NCBI GenBank assembly: GCA_030167865.1
Contig: JALAGF010003973.1
Location: forward strand, 1-64,000
Length of the DNA stretch: 64,000 bases
Reading direction: 5' to 3'
Source: Craspedostauros australis
Taxonomy: Eukaryota
Shown here in pieces: positions 50,634 through 63,488 of this stretch. The translations under genes were made by a program, and so were the position numbers. How positions within the stretch are numbered: position 1 is the first letter of the stretch; the number at the start of each line of letters is the position of its first letter. The notes beneath the pieces were generated by a model. It was given only the letters and a program-made list of their open reading frames with translations, did not search any database and was not told the origin of the DNA.

Positions 50634-53600
50634 ATGAAACGCGCACTCGCAGAACGTGCGAAGCAGAGCAGCATGTCCAACGGCATCGGTTCCATGGACC
50701 ACTCTGGGCCCTCTAAGAACACGCCAACGGCCAAACAGCCTCTCGCCAGAAAGTCCCTGCAAAAGATGCCCAAAGCGGCATTGGCGGACAACGTGTCCTC
50801 CTCCAGATCTGCCATCGCGAACGGCTCATCATCATCGTCGCGATCCAGATCATCGCCGGTTCCCACCAGAACCAAGTCTTCCACATCCCCGTCCCGTTCC
50901 ACTTCAAACGCCACATCAAGGACCTCGTCGAGGGGAACCAAACGGCAGCGCGAAACCTCCGCACCTTCGATTGCGAACCTGGAATCGGAAGATGACGATG
51001 ACACGGACAGGTCCGCGTTCTACCTGCGCCAGCAGAACAGAGCCTTGGGCTCCGAGCTCAGACAGATCAAATACCAGCTGCGCCGCTTGGAAAGAGAACG
51101 GGATCACCGGAGGAACCAGTGCTACCAGGCATGCCAATCGATTGGCGCTCTGCAAACGACCTGGGCACAGATGGAGACCTTGCTGTCCAAAGACCCCGCC
51201 ACCGCATCAACGTCACTGTCACTGTCGACACCCACGCTATCGTCTCCATCGTCCTCATCAACACCAATGCAAACGGCATCGCAGAATGACGCGGACGGTG
51301 CCATGAACACCGACACGCCCATGAGCACAGGCGAGGGTCCGTCAGTGGAGATGGTCGGGGCCTTGCTCTCTTCGATTTCGGAACTGGGGGAGGCACCGCA
51401 ACCCGCGGGGGATGCGAATGGCGGCGCCAACGGCCGTGGCCGGAAGAACAATCGTGGCGATGGTGATGACGACGATGACTTTGACTCATTATCTGATTCG
51501 GACCAAGTCGCCTCGGCGTCGCAGCTATCGAGCAACGCGTTCGCCATGCCAGAAATGGACGCCATGTTGCGCACGAGTGACAACATTGCTCAGAGAGCCG
51601 GCCTGCTGCAAAAGTGGATCTGGGCCGTGCTTTGCCGCGTCAATGAAGCGAACGGTGTCAACGGCGCCGTTTCCATGGAGGACACGCACGTCACCAAGCT
51701 ATCGACGCAGGTTTCGAAGATCAAGGCCAAGTACAAACGGCAGAAACAGCAGCTCGAAGAGCTTTCGCGAACCCGCGATGCGCTCAAGGAGTCCGACAAA
51801 CGCGTCAGGCGCGGTCTCTACCGTTTGGCGTCAAAGCGTGATCCGCTAGCGGAGATTTTGAAGGACATTGAACGCACAGACAACGACAAACAGCTGGCCG
51901 CCAAGTGGATGGCAGAAGACGCGGCTCGCAACATGCTGCCCGGCGCATCATCTATTGCGGACAGCGCGATCAGCCCGGATGGCACCGTATCATCTGCCAG
52001 TCCCGATGCGCCCACTTCCGCATCGTCGACCGCCATGGAAAAGCAGCTGGCGAATCTGGAGGAAATCTCCAAGTCAAGACAGGAGCTCATCGACAAGGTA
52101 CGCCCGCACAGGCATGCGCAGCGAAATGAGAATCCGCGCGAATCCGACCTCATGCTATGGTTGCTCTTTGCGACAAAGAGCACTTTGCAATTGATTTTCA
52201 ATTGGTCTGAAAGGTGGAATGATGCATGATTAATCATGGTGCATGGAAATGGACGGGAGTTGTGTTGTTGCGCTCGCTTCAAGGGTGCAGATCGTCGTTG
52301 TCGATGCTGAAATCATGCATGGTGTTGCTCACTCATTGCTCATCGCTTTTTCCGCTGCATTACGATTCCATCCATCCATCTTGGTGTCGCATCTGGGGGG
52401 TATTTCGACCACTGTACGTACACGTACGCAATGCTCTGCTCGAATTCGTGGTGGATGGAATGTCTCGTCCCGCTTGGGATTCTGGCAATGCCCTGGTTAT
52501 GCCCGTGGCTTCGGTATCACGATGACGATCAATTCGACGCATTTTCGCTTTCGTTGTCGGCTGTAAACCGATTGCACGGCATTGTATTGCAATGCACTGC
52601 ACGGTCCGCGCACATTATCAATCGTACAGATGTTGGAGGAAAAGAGAGAGCGAGAACTCAAGCTGAATGAATTGACATTGAAGCTTTCGCAAGGCGAGAA
52701 GAGCAAGGGATCAGATATTGGAGATAAGGACAAAGAGAAGCTGGTGCGGGAGTCGAAAGTATTCATTCAGCAGACAGCGGACCTCACAGCAGCGAAGCAG
52801 GACATCGAGGAGATGAAAAGTGCGCTGCAGAAGCTGCGAAAGATATGTTCGGAGGTGATGGCGAATGAGGAGTTGGTGTCCAAATCGGTGGAGGAGATCA
52901 TGGGGAAGCACGAGAAGAAGTGGTCAGAATTGGCCGGGAGCTACGAGGTCGACGATGATGAAAACAACAACGACAACGGTACTGTTGCTGCTGATGGCAG
53001 CAGTGGGAGCGGCGTCGCGCAGATGGAGACGGATGGAAATGGAACTGGTGCCGCTGTCAGCGCGAATGCCAAAAGACGGCCCAACCCAGGAAGCATCCAG
53101 CTGGCCGAACGAGTTGTGGTGCTGGAGCACAAGCTCACGCAGGTCCTTGAGAACGTGAGGCAGGCCGAAACGACGAGGCAGCTACTGAGCGAAGCCATTG
53201 CAATGAACGATAGCTTGCAGAACAAGATCGACGAAGTCAAGACCAAGTACTCCGTCCTGCAGCAGGCAGCGAAGGAGAGCAAGGCCGCGAGCTCGAATGC
53301 TGCAGCATCCGGGACTCCCAACGGCGCTGGTGCGTCTGCCGCTGAATCATCGAATGAATCGGGATCGTCGACTCCGAAGCAAAAGTCGCTGTCATCATCG
53401 GCGCTGCCACCCGCGGAGAAACTGTACAAGGACAACAAGAAGCTGCAACGAGATGTGGAGAAGTACAGAGCCGCACGCGACTCGCTGAGGGCAAAGTACG
53501 AGCGAGCGGAGAAGGAACGGGAGGGCATGTTCCAGACCAACGCCAAGCTGCTGAAACAGACTGCCGAGAAGGACGAGATGAATGCGAAGTCGCTGTCCAC

Positions 53601-54267
53601 GATCCTTCACCTGAAGCAGGTCACGGAGAAGCTGTCTGCGGAGAGGATCAATCTGGAGCATCAGGCCAAGAACGCCAACCAGATTGCCCTGGCTGCGCGG
53701 TTGGCAGACAACGCCCGCGTCCGCGTCATGGAGGAGTTCCACAAGGCAAAGAATGCGATGCATGCGAGCGTTTCGGGGTGGGAGGCAAAGTGCTCCGCCA
53801 TCCGAGCCGAGAAGAATGCCATTGAATCCAAGATGCTGAAGCAGCACAGCATAATGTCCTCGCATGCCGCGGATCTCGCAGCCAGCAAAGAACGCTGCGA
53901 TGAACTTGCGACGGAGATGACGAAGCTGGAGCGGGAGAAGCAGGAAATCACCGAGCTCCTCTCTATCGCCCAGACGGAGGCTGCTGATGCCCGCAAGAAC
54001 GCGCCTTCGTCATCGGGCCCATCGTCAGGAAGCAGCACGAACGCAGGAGGGTTCACCGTGGATCAGCTCAACACGCAGGTGTCGGTTCTCAAGGGACGCT
54101 TGACATGCCCCGTGTGCAACCACAGGGACAAGAAGTGCATCCTGCTGAGGTGTCGCCACATGTTCTGCAGGGAATGCGTCGACATCAACATCAAGAACCG
54201 CAGCCGCAAGTGCCCAGCATGCGGCATTCGTTTCGACACGAAGGACGTGGCCGATGTCTGGCTGTAG
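50634..54267 (+). CDS. BRE1: BRE1-like RING E3 ubiquitin ligase (histone H2B monoubiquitination; 2 exons)
   Basis: Exon 1 is 50634-52097, a phase-0 intron spans 52098-52629, and exon 2 is 52630-54267. N-terminal LRQQNRAL, long coiled coils with LLKQTAEKDEMNAK, and a terminal RING LTCPVCNHRDKKCILLRCRHMFCRECV...RSRKCPACGIRFDTKDV. Confidence 0.88.
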
Positions 54268-55036
54268 CATCGTCTTCACAGGTGTGGACGGGTACGGATA
54301 CGATCACCAGTATTGGTACTGGCACTTCGCCACAAAACGGATCGTCCTCGGGCCTTCTCTGAGCACCTAAGCATCAAAGCCATCTTTGCTCTTGACAATA
54401 CGTACTCTGGACATCCCCAGTTCCCAGTTCAATTCATCTGATTTCTGCAATGACTTACATGCATAGGGCAAGTAGTGCAATGCCCATCGTGGCAATGGTG
54501 CTATAGGCGCTTCTTCCATTGCCTGTCTTGATTTGGATTGGTTCGGTTTAAGTTGCTGCAGCAGTTGGACCATGAGAGAGTGAAGAGCATAGCAGAGACC
54601 GATGAAGTGAACAGAACGGACCAATCAAATAGAGTGTTCCGGATGCGTTGAGACAACATCATGGGAGTTGCGACAAGTTAATCCATTACAGATATTTATG
54701 TTGTCCTGCTTTCGTTCTGTCCGTGTTCGTCAACATTCTTTCAATCGAACGCGCACGTTTGGAGCTCAGTCACATGAGGACGTTATTTAGTAACCGTCCA
54801 TTGTCGCGGACATCGCCAAAACACGACATCATTCGTTCGTCACAAAATGAGCGTTGATCCATCGCACCGCCGCTTGTCTTGTTGATGTCGACGATCAGTG
54901 AGCCACAGTCAGCGCAACGTTGGGACGGACTGTCGTGCACTTGCTCCAGCATTATTATGCAGTCCATCAGTCTACAATCCACTTCGTTGCATTCCTTCCC
55001 GTTGAATTGGGCCGACCGTGACAGCTGGACGACAAC

Positions 55037-56356
55037 ATGCAGATCAACACTGCGACGACCGTGACAGCAGGAAATGGCACAGCCAGAAAAGGAGTGAAAC
55101 GATTGCAGCATCTCAAGCAGCGAGAATGGAATGCCACGGCGATGTCAGAGAAGAAACGAAACCTGGCTCTGGCCTTAATGCTGGGCATGATGGTGGTGCT
55201 GTTGAATTTCCAGCTCAGCACGCTGAAGCCGTTGCTCTTCGCCAATGATGGCAGGGGCATGCACAATGCTGTGATAGCTGATGGCTTGGCCAACGTCAAC
55301 ATCAACGTCAATGTCAACGCACAGACACAAGCACAAGCACAAGCACAACTGGGAGCAATACATGCGTTGCAACCGCAATCTTCCTCGCGCAATGGGACAG
55401 CTGCCACACAGCGGCGAGCCATTGTGCTGATTTCCATGGGCAAGGAAGCGCGAGAAACCAAGATCGTGGAACGGTGCTTGATGTCCATCCGGCGACGTGG
55501 GAACTGGGCGCAAGGACTGGTCGTGTTGCTGACCGACGCGCCCGAGGCTCGATACAGGAACATCGCAGATCCAAACTTTGTCGTCATCCATCCGCGTGCG
55601 GAAGACTTCAACTGGGAGACCAAGAACGACATGCCGTACAAGAGATTCAAGACGATGATACTGGACTACGCAGATCGTGAACCTCGCATGGAGGCTGTGG
55701 AATTGCTGTACTATCTGGATGTGGACATTGTGGTCGGCGGTGACTTGGAGACTTTCTTTGAATACATCGAGGACAGATATGACATTCGTCATCAGCGGTC
55801 GTTGGCATTGGCCTCTCAAGACAGAAGGGAAGTGTCAGAAATGTACTTCTTTCGTGGCAACTACGACCGATTGCCGGTGCAAGGCGGACAGTTCATTTTG
55901 CATCGGCACCGATCGCGGCAGTGCTTGCAAAGGTGGAGGCATTTGATCGATGCCAACCCCCGTGAGAGCAAAGATCAGAAATCATTGCGCACAATGTGGA
56001 ATCAAACGCAGCAAGCGAATTGGCAGGCAGATCCCAACGTGGATTGCCGCATCGTCGTGATGGAGCAGGAACCCCATCTGTGCTTCCCGAACACGAAGCG
56101 CATCACGGAGACCTTGAAGAAGACGAAGACGAAGAAGCAAAAGCAGATACAATCGACGAAAATGACGACGGCAAAGCAAGCCCACGAGCACGAGCACGAC
56201 TCGGAGTTCGTTACGTTGAATCACATCAAGAATACGCACCACGCGCAGAACATCGATCGAAAACTGCAGCAACGATTCATCGCGGCATTGCTCAATTTGA
56301 CTGCCGCAGAGATTCACGACCTTGGAGTTGCCGATAAAATGATCTTTGGAGCATGA
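55037..56356 (+). CDS. Type II membrane glycosyltransferase-like protein (GT-A, DxD)
   Basis: Basic tail plus TM segment (KKRNLALALMLGMMVVLLNF), a stem region, then VVLLTD, KRFKT and YYLDVDIVV motifs. The start could be 55037 or 55142. Confidence 0.7.
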   Translation: MQINTATTVTAGNGTARKGVKRLQHLKQREWNATAMSEKKRNLALALMLGMMVVLLNFQLSTLKPLLFANDGRGMHNAVIADGLANVNINVNVNAQTQAQAQAQLGAIHALQPQSSSRNGTAATQRRAIVLISMGKEARETKIVERCLMSIRRRGNWAQGLVVLLTDAPEARYRNIADPNFVVIHPRAEDFNWETKNDMPYKRFKTMILDYADREPRMEAVELLYYLDVDIVVGGDLETFFEYIEDRYDIRHQRSLALASQDRREVSEMYFFRGNYDRLPVQGGQFILHRHRSRQCLQRWRHLIDANPRESKDQKSLRTMWNQTQQANWQADPNVDCRIVVMEQEPHLCFPNTKRITETLKKTKTKKQKQIQSTKMTTAKQAHEHEHDSEFVTLNHIKNTHHAQNIDRKLQQRFIAALLNLTAAEIHDLGVADKMIFGA

Positions 56357-56652
56357 TGAACAATCACTTGAGCTTGTTGTATACGATTCCTTTCCATGGA
56401 ACAACAACACAACGCAGCAATCACATCACACAACATCCAGAGGCAAGTCGGCAATATGATGCCGGTTGGCCTGAGGTGGTGAATGACAATAGACAATTAT
56501 AAACGGAATAGATCTGTACCATAGAAGAGTAGAATACGAACGCATCCCTAGCATGGCAATGCAGCTTCCCATAGCTCTCTATGAACATGAGAGTCACACC
56601 CATATTCACACCCATCTTCTCGCTCCCGTTGACATCCACTCGGTCATTCAAT

Positions 56653-57459
56653 TCATATCTTCTTGGCCTTGTCGTATCCTTTGGATCGCAGCATGGTGAC
56701 GGTCTTTTCTGCATGCGCACCCTGCAATTCCAGCACTCCATCGACGAAGGCCCCGCCTCCGCCAATCTTCTTCTTGAATTCCTTGAGCAACGCCTTACGA
56801 TCGTCCATGGGGGATGTCATGCCACGGATAATGGTGACGACCTTGTTGCCGCGCTTGGCCTCCAGTACTTGGACGGGTTCGTTCGCCTTGGTCTCGGCGT
56901 CGCTCAGCAGAGTCTGCTTGGAGCTGTCGATCTGGCCATTCCCCGTCCTCTGCTTCTCCTTCTTGGTCAGTGGACGGTCGGTGGGCAATGATGACGACAT
57001 CTTTTGTCTCTGCTTTTGCTGACGCTCACTTTTGAACTTCTTCGACTTGACTCCCAAGCTTCCCGTGCTGCGTGGCTTGTTTTGATCGCCATCTGGGTTG
57101 GATGATATCGTTCCCACAAGGTTGGTGTTGATCACGAAGGCTGGTTTCTTCTTTTTCTTCTTCTTTTTGGGCTCAAGAGCATCAGAAGCTCCGTCTCCAT
57201 TTGCGTCCTCGCTCACTGCATTCCTCAATACCGTGAATGGAGATTGGCCTGCTGCACGATCTGCACTGCCTATCCGCGTCGTTGGGATGGCGAAGGCATG
57301 AACAGTCGTACTTCCACTCGTGCCGATGGTGGCAACATTGGCAGTGTTAGCATAGCGCAAAGCCAGGACCAACAAGCAGCAGAAGCTGAATCGGAGCTCG
57401 TGGCAGCAGCTGAATATACGAGTATTCGTGCTTGCACGAGTCGAAGGAGCGGCACCCAT
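56653..57459 (-). CDS. SUI1/eIF1-family protein of bacterial YciH type, probably plastid-targeted
   Basis: C-terminal KRGNKVVTIIRGM...LLKEFKKKIGGGGAFVDGVLELQGAH. N-terminal hydrophobic segment followed by VHA-FA. Confidence 0.85.
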   Translation of the reverse strand: MGAAPSTRASTNTRIFSCCHELRFSFCCLLVLALRYANTANVATIGTSGSTTVHAFAIPTTRIGSADRAAGQSPFTVLRNAVSEDANGDGASDALEPKKKKKKKKPAFVINTNLVGTISSNPDGDQNKPRSTGSLGVKSKKFKSERQQKQRQKMSSSLPTDRPLTKKEKQRTGNGQIDSSKQTLLSDAETKANEPVQVLEAKRGNKVVTIIRGMTSPMDDRKALLKEFKKKIGGGGAFVDGVLELQGAHAEKTVTMLRSKGYDKAKKI

Positions 57460-57871
57460 GATGCGAGCTTCTGGAGTCGCAGGCTGAACTGAACCGAGCC
57501 GGATGGTGAAGGTCGTACGGGTGGATAGGAATGGACGGGGCTGTCCCGAGTACCTTGCTGTCGCTGTCTCTCTTGTTCCGCCCTGATTGATGATCAGGTT
57601 AAGCGTGCTCTAGAGTGTTCGTGCCTTGGCTCTGGATACACCGCCGAATGTTGATGGATGAGGATAGTGCTCTCGCTGGAGGAATGAATGAATGGTTGGA
57701 TGGTGCTGGTGGTGATGGCGATGGTGGCGGCGGTGGCAATGGTGATACAGATCTACCCACTCCGTAGATCGTCCTCGCAGCTCGCTCCAACTTCCAGCGT
57801 GCCCGTGACTGCGACTACTCCAGTGATGATGATGCCCCATGACGCCGACGACGCCGACGATGCCAACGATG

Positions 57872-57911
57872 ATCACATCACATCACATCACATCACATCA
57901 CACCACATCAC
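57872..57911. repeat. (ATCAC)n pentanucleotide microsatellite
   Basis: Six perfect units, then ACCAC and one more ATCAC. Confidence 0.9.
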
Positions 57912-58522
57912 TTGATGCGGAACAAGAGAGGCGAAGCGGAAGCGATGACGGTCAGATCCTTGTTCTGTCAGTGGTTTCTCGTTTGGTGATTGGTGGCCTG
58001 TTGGCACACCACATCTGCGTTTTGGACATCTGGTGTTCTTGATGACGTCATCAATAGTGTCAAATCGACCCATTCGACCAAGAGTTGAAGAAGAACCGTG
58101 TCGAAGAATCGTTCTTCAGTGCTGGTTGACACGGGAATGGGACACTTCGCTTTTTTCTCTCGCTGTTCGCTCACCTCACATCACGATGTCACGTCTTGCA
58201 TCGCTTCGGAATGCATAGCTCGTATCTTTCTTTTCGCCTCTCTCCGCCCGATCAACCCATTGTCAACGAGAACCCAACACTCGGACTCGCGCGCAGCAAC
58301 CGCGCCAACGACAGCAACGGCCGCGGCCGCAGCCGTGATGACAGAACAACGATCTCAATCCCAACAGGAACAACGCGGGCGTCAGAACAACACACAAGAG
58401 GTCAGACACAAACACAAACAAGAGCCCACAAGTCATCGACCAACAGCCACAGCATCAGCCACAGCATCAGCCCCGGCTTCATCCCATTCTCACTACTCGT
58501 ATTCTGATACATCACCTGAATC

Positions 58523-60219
58523 ATGCGTCTCTCCCTCTTCCTCGCTTCCCTCATGGCGACGTCCTCGTCCGCCTTCAATGTCGGCAAGCCTGGCGCCAAT
58601 TTCGGCCTCCCAGCCACATCAGCAGCAGCATCTGCGACTGCCATCGGAGTGTCTGCCTCCGACGTCGGAGCCGAGGTTCCCTTGGTTGTGACAGGGAACA
58701 ACATCGACCTCACGCCCTCCATCAACGACTACATTGACAAGCGCATCGGAAACCCACTGAGAAAGCTTGCCAGCGGCGGATTCGTCCGAGACTGCGACGT
58801 CCACCTTTCCGTCAACAAGAATCCAAAGGTACGTCCTGTCTGTCACGTTCTACTGCGATGCGGAGCGGAGCGATGTGCTTGCATGTTCTGAGTTGAGGAT
58901 ACGCAAGCTGGTTCTGCTTATGACCGTTGTGACCACGACGACAGCAAGAGCGCCGATGCTGAGCTCAAGAGGAGTGGCCTCGATTTGGATCCAACAAGAA
59001 ACTGCGGCAATGGCGGCAATAAGTGTTGTATCGGACCCCCAGCTGCGACGTATCATTAGAATTGCCCATCACAACAAAGGCGAATATCCTCAAGGGTGAA
59101 GAATACACAAGCAATGGAAAAACGTTGGCAGGCTGCTTTTGCCATCATCAACACATTGCGCCGACGCATTGTGCATCGCAACTGGTAGAGGTCAAGCTCC
59201 AGCACAGCTATCAAGGACGTCATTTCGCTTGCTCCATCAGGCATGGCGACAGCTGCGAGCGTGATGGCCTTCAGCACGCTGTTGTGTCCAACTGCGGCAA
59301 TGAACGATCGCGATTTGACCCAACTCTCACAGCAATCTGCGTATTCTCTTTTTGGTTGATTGGCATCCGCCGACCGTTGCGACGCGCATTTCGTCCTTTC
59401 TGCAAACGCAACTGGACGTCATGCTGCACCGTTTGTGATTGCAATGGTGGTTGCAATGGCATTTGTGTTTGTGTTTGTCGTCAAATCTTGCGCACGCGCC
59501 CACCATAAATGCATACGGCAACGATGACACCTGGTGGATACAAACCGGCGCGGCACCACGACATCACGGCACCATGATGTATTCCCTGGAATCTCTTCAA
59601 TTGTGATCGTTTTCCTCGACTGCCATTTTTCATCATTGGCACCGCCTGCAACACCATAATCAATTCTCTATCTTGATGGCCGTTGCCGCTCATGCTCTGA
59701 TGTCAATGACGTCGCCATGGTCCCGACCGCTGCCCCCGCCAATGCTGTTGCCATCAACAGGTCAAGAATGCTCACCGTGTTGACCTCACAGCCAACCTCA
59801 AGGGCCTCACCATCCACTGCAAGGAGGAAACTCCTGATATGTACAACACCATCGACTCTATCGCCCACGCTCTCAACAGAAAGCTCCTCAAATACAAGGA
59901 GCGCCGCCAGAAGGGATACCACTCAGGAAACAGCATGGGTGAAGACCTCATGGTTGCCATCGAGGCCATGGAGGAGGAGCTCGCCGTTGTCAACGGCAAT
60001 GCCCTCGAGGCTGCCGTCGAAGACTTCATCGACCCAGAGGCGCCATCCATCACCAAGATCGACAGCTTCGATCTGGAGACCCCTGTCCCAATCAAGGAGG
60101 CCATCTTCGCCCTGGACTACGTCGACCACGACTTCTACGTCTTCAAGAATGAGGACTCTGGCAAGCTGAACATTGTTTACAAGAGAAACGCCGGTGGCGT
60201 CGGACAGATCGAATTGTAA
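58523..60219 (+). CDS. PSRP1: Plastid ribosome hibernation factor (long HPF / PSRP1, S30AE family; 2 exons)
   Basis: Exon 1 is 58523-58828, a phase-0 intron GTACGT..ACAG spans 58829-59760, and exon 2 is 59761-60219. Leader SSA-F. Motifs: VTGNNIDLTPSINDYIDKRI, DMYNTIDSIAHALNRKLLKYKER, EAIFALDYVDHDFYVFKN..NIVYKRNAGGVGQIE. Confidence 0.93.
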
Positions 60220-61386
60220 TTGCATGCGGGGATAGCAGCGCAAGTGCACGCCACTCAACCACCCCGCGAGGAGCAACTGAAGGGGGATGGCCAATGGTAC
60301 TCAAGTACTACTCGTGCTCCATACGAAAATATGTTCATCCGGCGACATGTTGAATCCTCCTTTGCTTCGCCACGCCCAAACGAACAACGCCAACAACAAT
60401 CGCTGCAAGGAGGATGTGTCGATGTTCCTCCTTTGCCAGCGCCTTTCATCAGAGCCATGGCCATGCATACCACTCCACATCTGCGAACTGCTGCCCGTGG
60501 CGTTCCTGATGTGAACTAGGTCTTGCTTTTACTCAATGTTGACAACGAGTCTTGGCTGCTCCGTACTCTCACTAGCAACAAGCAAACAAAAACAGACAGA
60601 CGCATCCATAGATACACACAGCTATCAAAGAAGATCGATCTCATTCACTTTTGTTTTGTCGGATGTCTAATTCCTATTGGCTGATGTGTCTGAGCAGAGG
60701 CCACGCTTGTAGGCGCCATGTTATGACTTGTCACGCCGTAGCCTTCAACCCTCCGCCGTCAGCACGACTTTGCGTGACTAATCTCTGGAGATGCCGAAGC
60801 TGCGCTTGCATCATTGCGCCACCACAACGACACAATAAGGTCAATGGTGACGAAAAATACTGCTTGCGATTTCTACTTCTACCAGGCGCAAACCTACATC
60901 TCCGAAGGACCAGCCAACATGGTGTGTCATGGCACAAACGTCAAGGACGATGCCAGGGGCAAGAAGCAGCAGCAGCTCGAGCAGATAGGTGCATTCGCGC
61001 CATGGCGCTCTTGGCATCAGCGTCCGGATACGATGCGCTGCAACAGCAATGTACACTTCGTTGCGCACTCTATCGTGCACAGTTTGATCAGGTTGCGATT
61101 GATTGGTTCTACTGTACGAGTATCGTTGCTTCTGTGTCGTTGAAAGACTGTTATTCCAGAGTACTCCAAGAATCGGCATCTCTCTACACAGAGAGAGAGA
61201 GAGGCTTTGTAGACCATGAACACACTGACAAATAGGTTATTTATGTTGCTGCAGGTTGGCCGCCGGTTGCATGGCAGCCCTTCGTGGAGCACCGCAACCG
61301 TTGAGAGGGTGGGCGTCTTGTCGTCACCTTCGCCTTGCCTGACTTTGCGATCAGGCTCACGAAGTGTCTGATCTTGCATCATGTTT

Positions 61387-62883
61387 TCACTGCGCGACGT
61401 TGGAACGGCGTGCCCTGGCTGGGTTGTTGGGCGACAGGGGCGAGTTGGAATTGTTGGTGAGAGTGACGGAGGCCGTGTCGCGCTCCGCCTCCCTCTCGGC
61501 CTCGTCCTCTTTGCCTCCACGAGCGGCAAAGTTGGCGACCTGTAACCTGAAGCAGAGGGCAGAGAAGCCCTCCATGAGGACCTTGCATTGGTCCGCCGTG
61601 ACGGAGGTGATGTCGACGGTTCTCTTGGGGAAGATGAGGGCGAAGGACTTGTGGGCGTTGGCGGCCTCGCACTTTTGTCTGAGGATGGGTGTTCCTGTGT
61701 ACATGGGGTTCTGCGGATCGGGGCTCCAGGCATGTCTGACTTCAAGGCAAGTCGTCAAGTCTAGCTTCGGCGGTCTCTTCGAGGAGGTGGGCTCACCTTG
61801 CGCCGGCTTCCAGCTGAGGGACTTTCCGTCAGGGTGGATGTGGAGGACGCGCAGCCGGGACTTGCACCATCTGGAGCGGCCGTGCTTGACGACGTTGACG
61901 CCAGATCTCAGGCGGGCCGCGAAGCAGCGGACGATAAAGTCCGACGCGTTGGTGCAGCCGGTGGCAGGCTTGAAGTTGGGCAGGTACATGGGCATGCGGA
62001 TCTCATGGGTCTGCGTTGCGGTGGTGAGAGACTGCGCCGACGAGATGTTGTTGTAGGTCTCGCCGGAGAAGCCCACGTCGTTGCCGAGCTCGTTGGGTGG
62101 GCGTGGCGTGCTCTGGTGGCTGTCGTCGTCGAGGGCTTGGTCGGAGTTTGCGTCCGCAGCGGGCAGACCGTCGTCCTTGCCGTACAGGATCTCGTCGACG
62201 TCCTTGTCGGCCATGTCTGGATCATCTCCGTCGGAGCTGGACATGTCGTCGGCGTGGGCAGACGCGAAGGACTTGCTCTTTGTTGGTATTCGTGCTGGCG
62301 TGCCACCGTCGGACTCGTTCGTCGCGGCTCCGGTGTCTGTGCCTGCCTCCGCGTTCGCATTGGTGCCCTTGGCTTTCGTTGCGGCTGGTTTTGTGTCTGG
62401 TGCGTCCGCCTCTGCGTCCACGTGCTCGGCAGCTGCATCCGCGCCATCTCCCGCGGCTTCGGAGGCAGCAAGGAGGGTCATGCCATTCCCGTTCTTGAGG
62501 GAGTGCTTCCTGGACTTGAGGTCCGGCACGAGTTCGGAGAGCGCCTCCAGACCACCATCATCGGTGGACTCCGCTTTGGTTGGCGTTTCCGTGTCTGCCG
62601 CTGCTGGCATTGCTGTTTGTTCTGCTGCTGGTGTCTCGTCGTTGTGTTCCTCTTCCTTTCCTTGAGCTGGAGCATCAGTATCAGCTGCAGCTCCGGCGTC
62701 AGCGTGGACGTCTGGAACGGCCTCCTCATCATCCGTCACGGCGGCTGCGGCAGCCTCTTCCGTTGCTGGCGATGGTTCTGCCTCTGCGGTTGGAGACGCA
62801 GGCGTAGCGGCCTCCACAACAACAGCAGCAGGAGCGTCAGCAGCGGTGATCTCGATTGCGGGGCTCTCTGTTTCGGTCGTCAT
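61387..62883 (-). CDS. PH-domain protein with long acidic disordered N-terminus
   Basis: 498-aa ORF. LRSGVNVVKHGR..RVLHIHPDGKSLSWK..LDLTTCLEVR..SFALIFPKRTVDI..LMEGF resembles a PLC/Mcp5-type PH fold. Confidence 0.82.
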   Translation of the reverse strand: MTTETESPAIEITAADAPAAVVVEAATPASPTAEAEPSPATEEAAAAAVTDDEEAVPDVHADAGAAADTDAPAQGKEEEHNDETPAAEQTAMPAAADTETPTKAESTDDGGLEALSELVPDLKSRKHSLKNGNGMTLLAASEAAGDGADAAAEHVDAEADAPDTKPAATKAKGTNANAEAGTDTGAATNESDGGTPARIPTKSKSFASAHADDMSSSDGDDPDMADKDVDEILYGKDDGLPAADANSDQALDDDSHQSTPRPPNELGNDVGFSGETYNNISSAQSLTTATQTHEIRMPMYLPNFKPATGCTNASDFIVRCFAARLRSGVNVVKHGRSRWCKSRLRVLHIHPDGKSLSWKPAQGEPTSSKRPPKLDLTTCLEVRHAWSPDPQNPMYTGTPILRQKCEAANAHKSFALIFPKRTVDITSVTADQCKVLMEGFSALCFRLQVANFAARGGKEDEAEREAERDTASVTLTNNSNSPLSPNNPARARRSNVAQ

Positions 62884-63457
62884 GTTGGAGATGTTGGTTG
62901 TATGGAGTAGCGACGAGGGTTCTGTTGCTGTTGCGTATGAGTATGTGTCTGAGCGTGTTTGTGCGTGGCCGTGTTTGTGCAGCGGTGGTGGGTTGATCGC
63001 TCGATTGCTTTGCGCTCGCTGTGGGTGTTAGGGGGGTTGCTCAACTCAGTGAATGTTCCAAATGGTCGTTTGTGGTGGCACTCCTCTGGTGTTGTTGTTG
63101 TTGTTGTCGTCGTTGATGTTGGCTTTGCTTGCGTCTTGCCTTGCGTTCAGAGAATGACAGCGACGATGCTTGCGATCTGATCCCCAGCAACTGCGTGTGT
63201 TTGCTTGCTGCTGAAGCGGCGTTTCGTGCTTTCGCTGACTGCTGCTTGTTACGAGTGCGCGGGACGAACGTGTCTGGTCGTGTTTTCTTGCTGCGCCTGG
63301 GTTTGCCCGACGTCCAAAAAATTCCTTTGCGGGACGACGACCAAGAGTTCGCTGCCTTTCCCAAGGAGGTGTTTCGCTGCGAAAACTGGAGACTGAAGCA
63401 GAGTGTCGGAAGCCGAAACGATGGTCTCTCACGCGTTCTCTTGCTGGTCCTGCTGCC

Positions 63458-63488
<31 letters not shown>

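Noticed and set aside
60814-61143. 109-aa ORF between the convergent PSRP1 and PH-domain genes
   Set aside because: No recognisable domain. It cannot be distinguished from UTR sequence or a decayed fragment.
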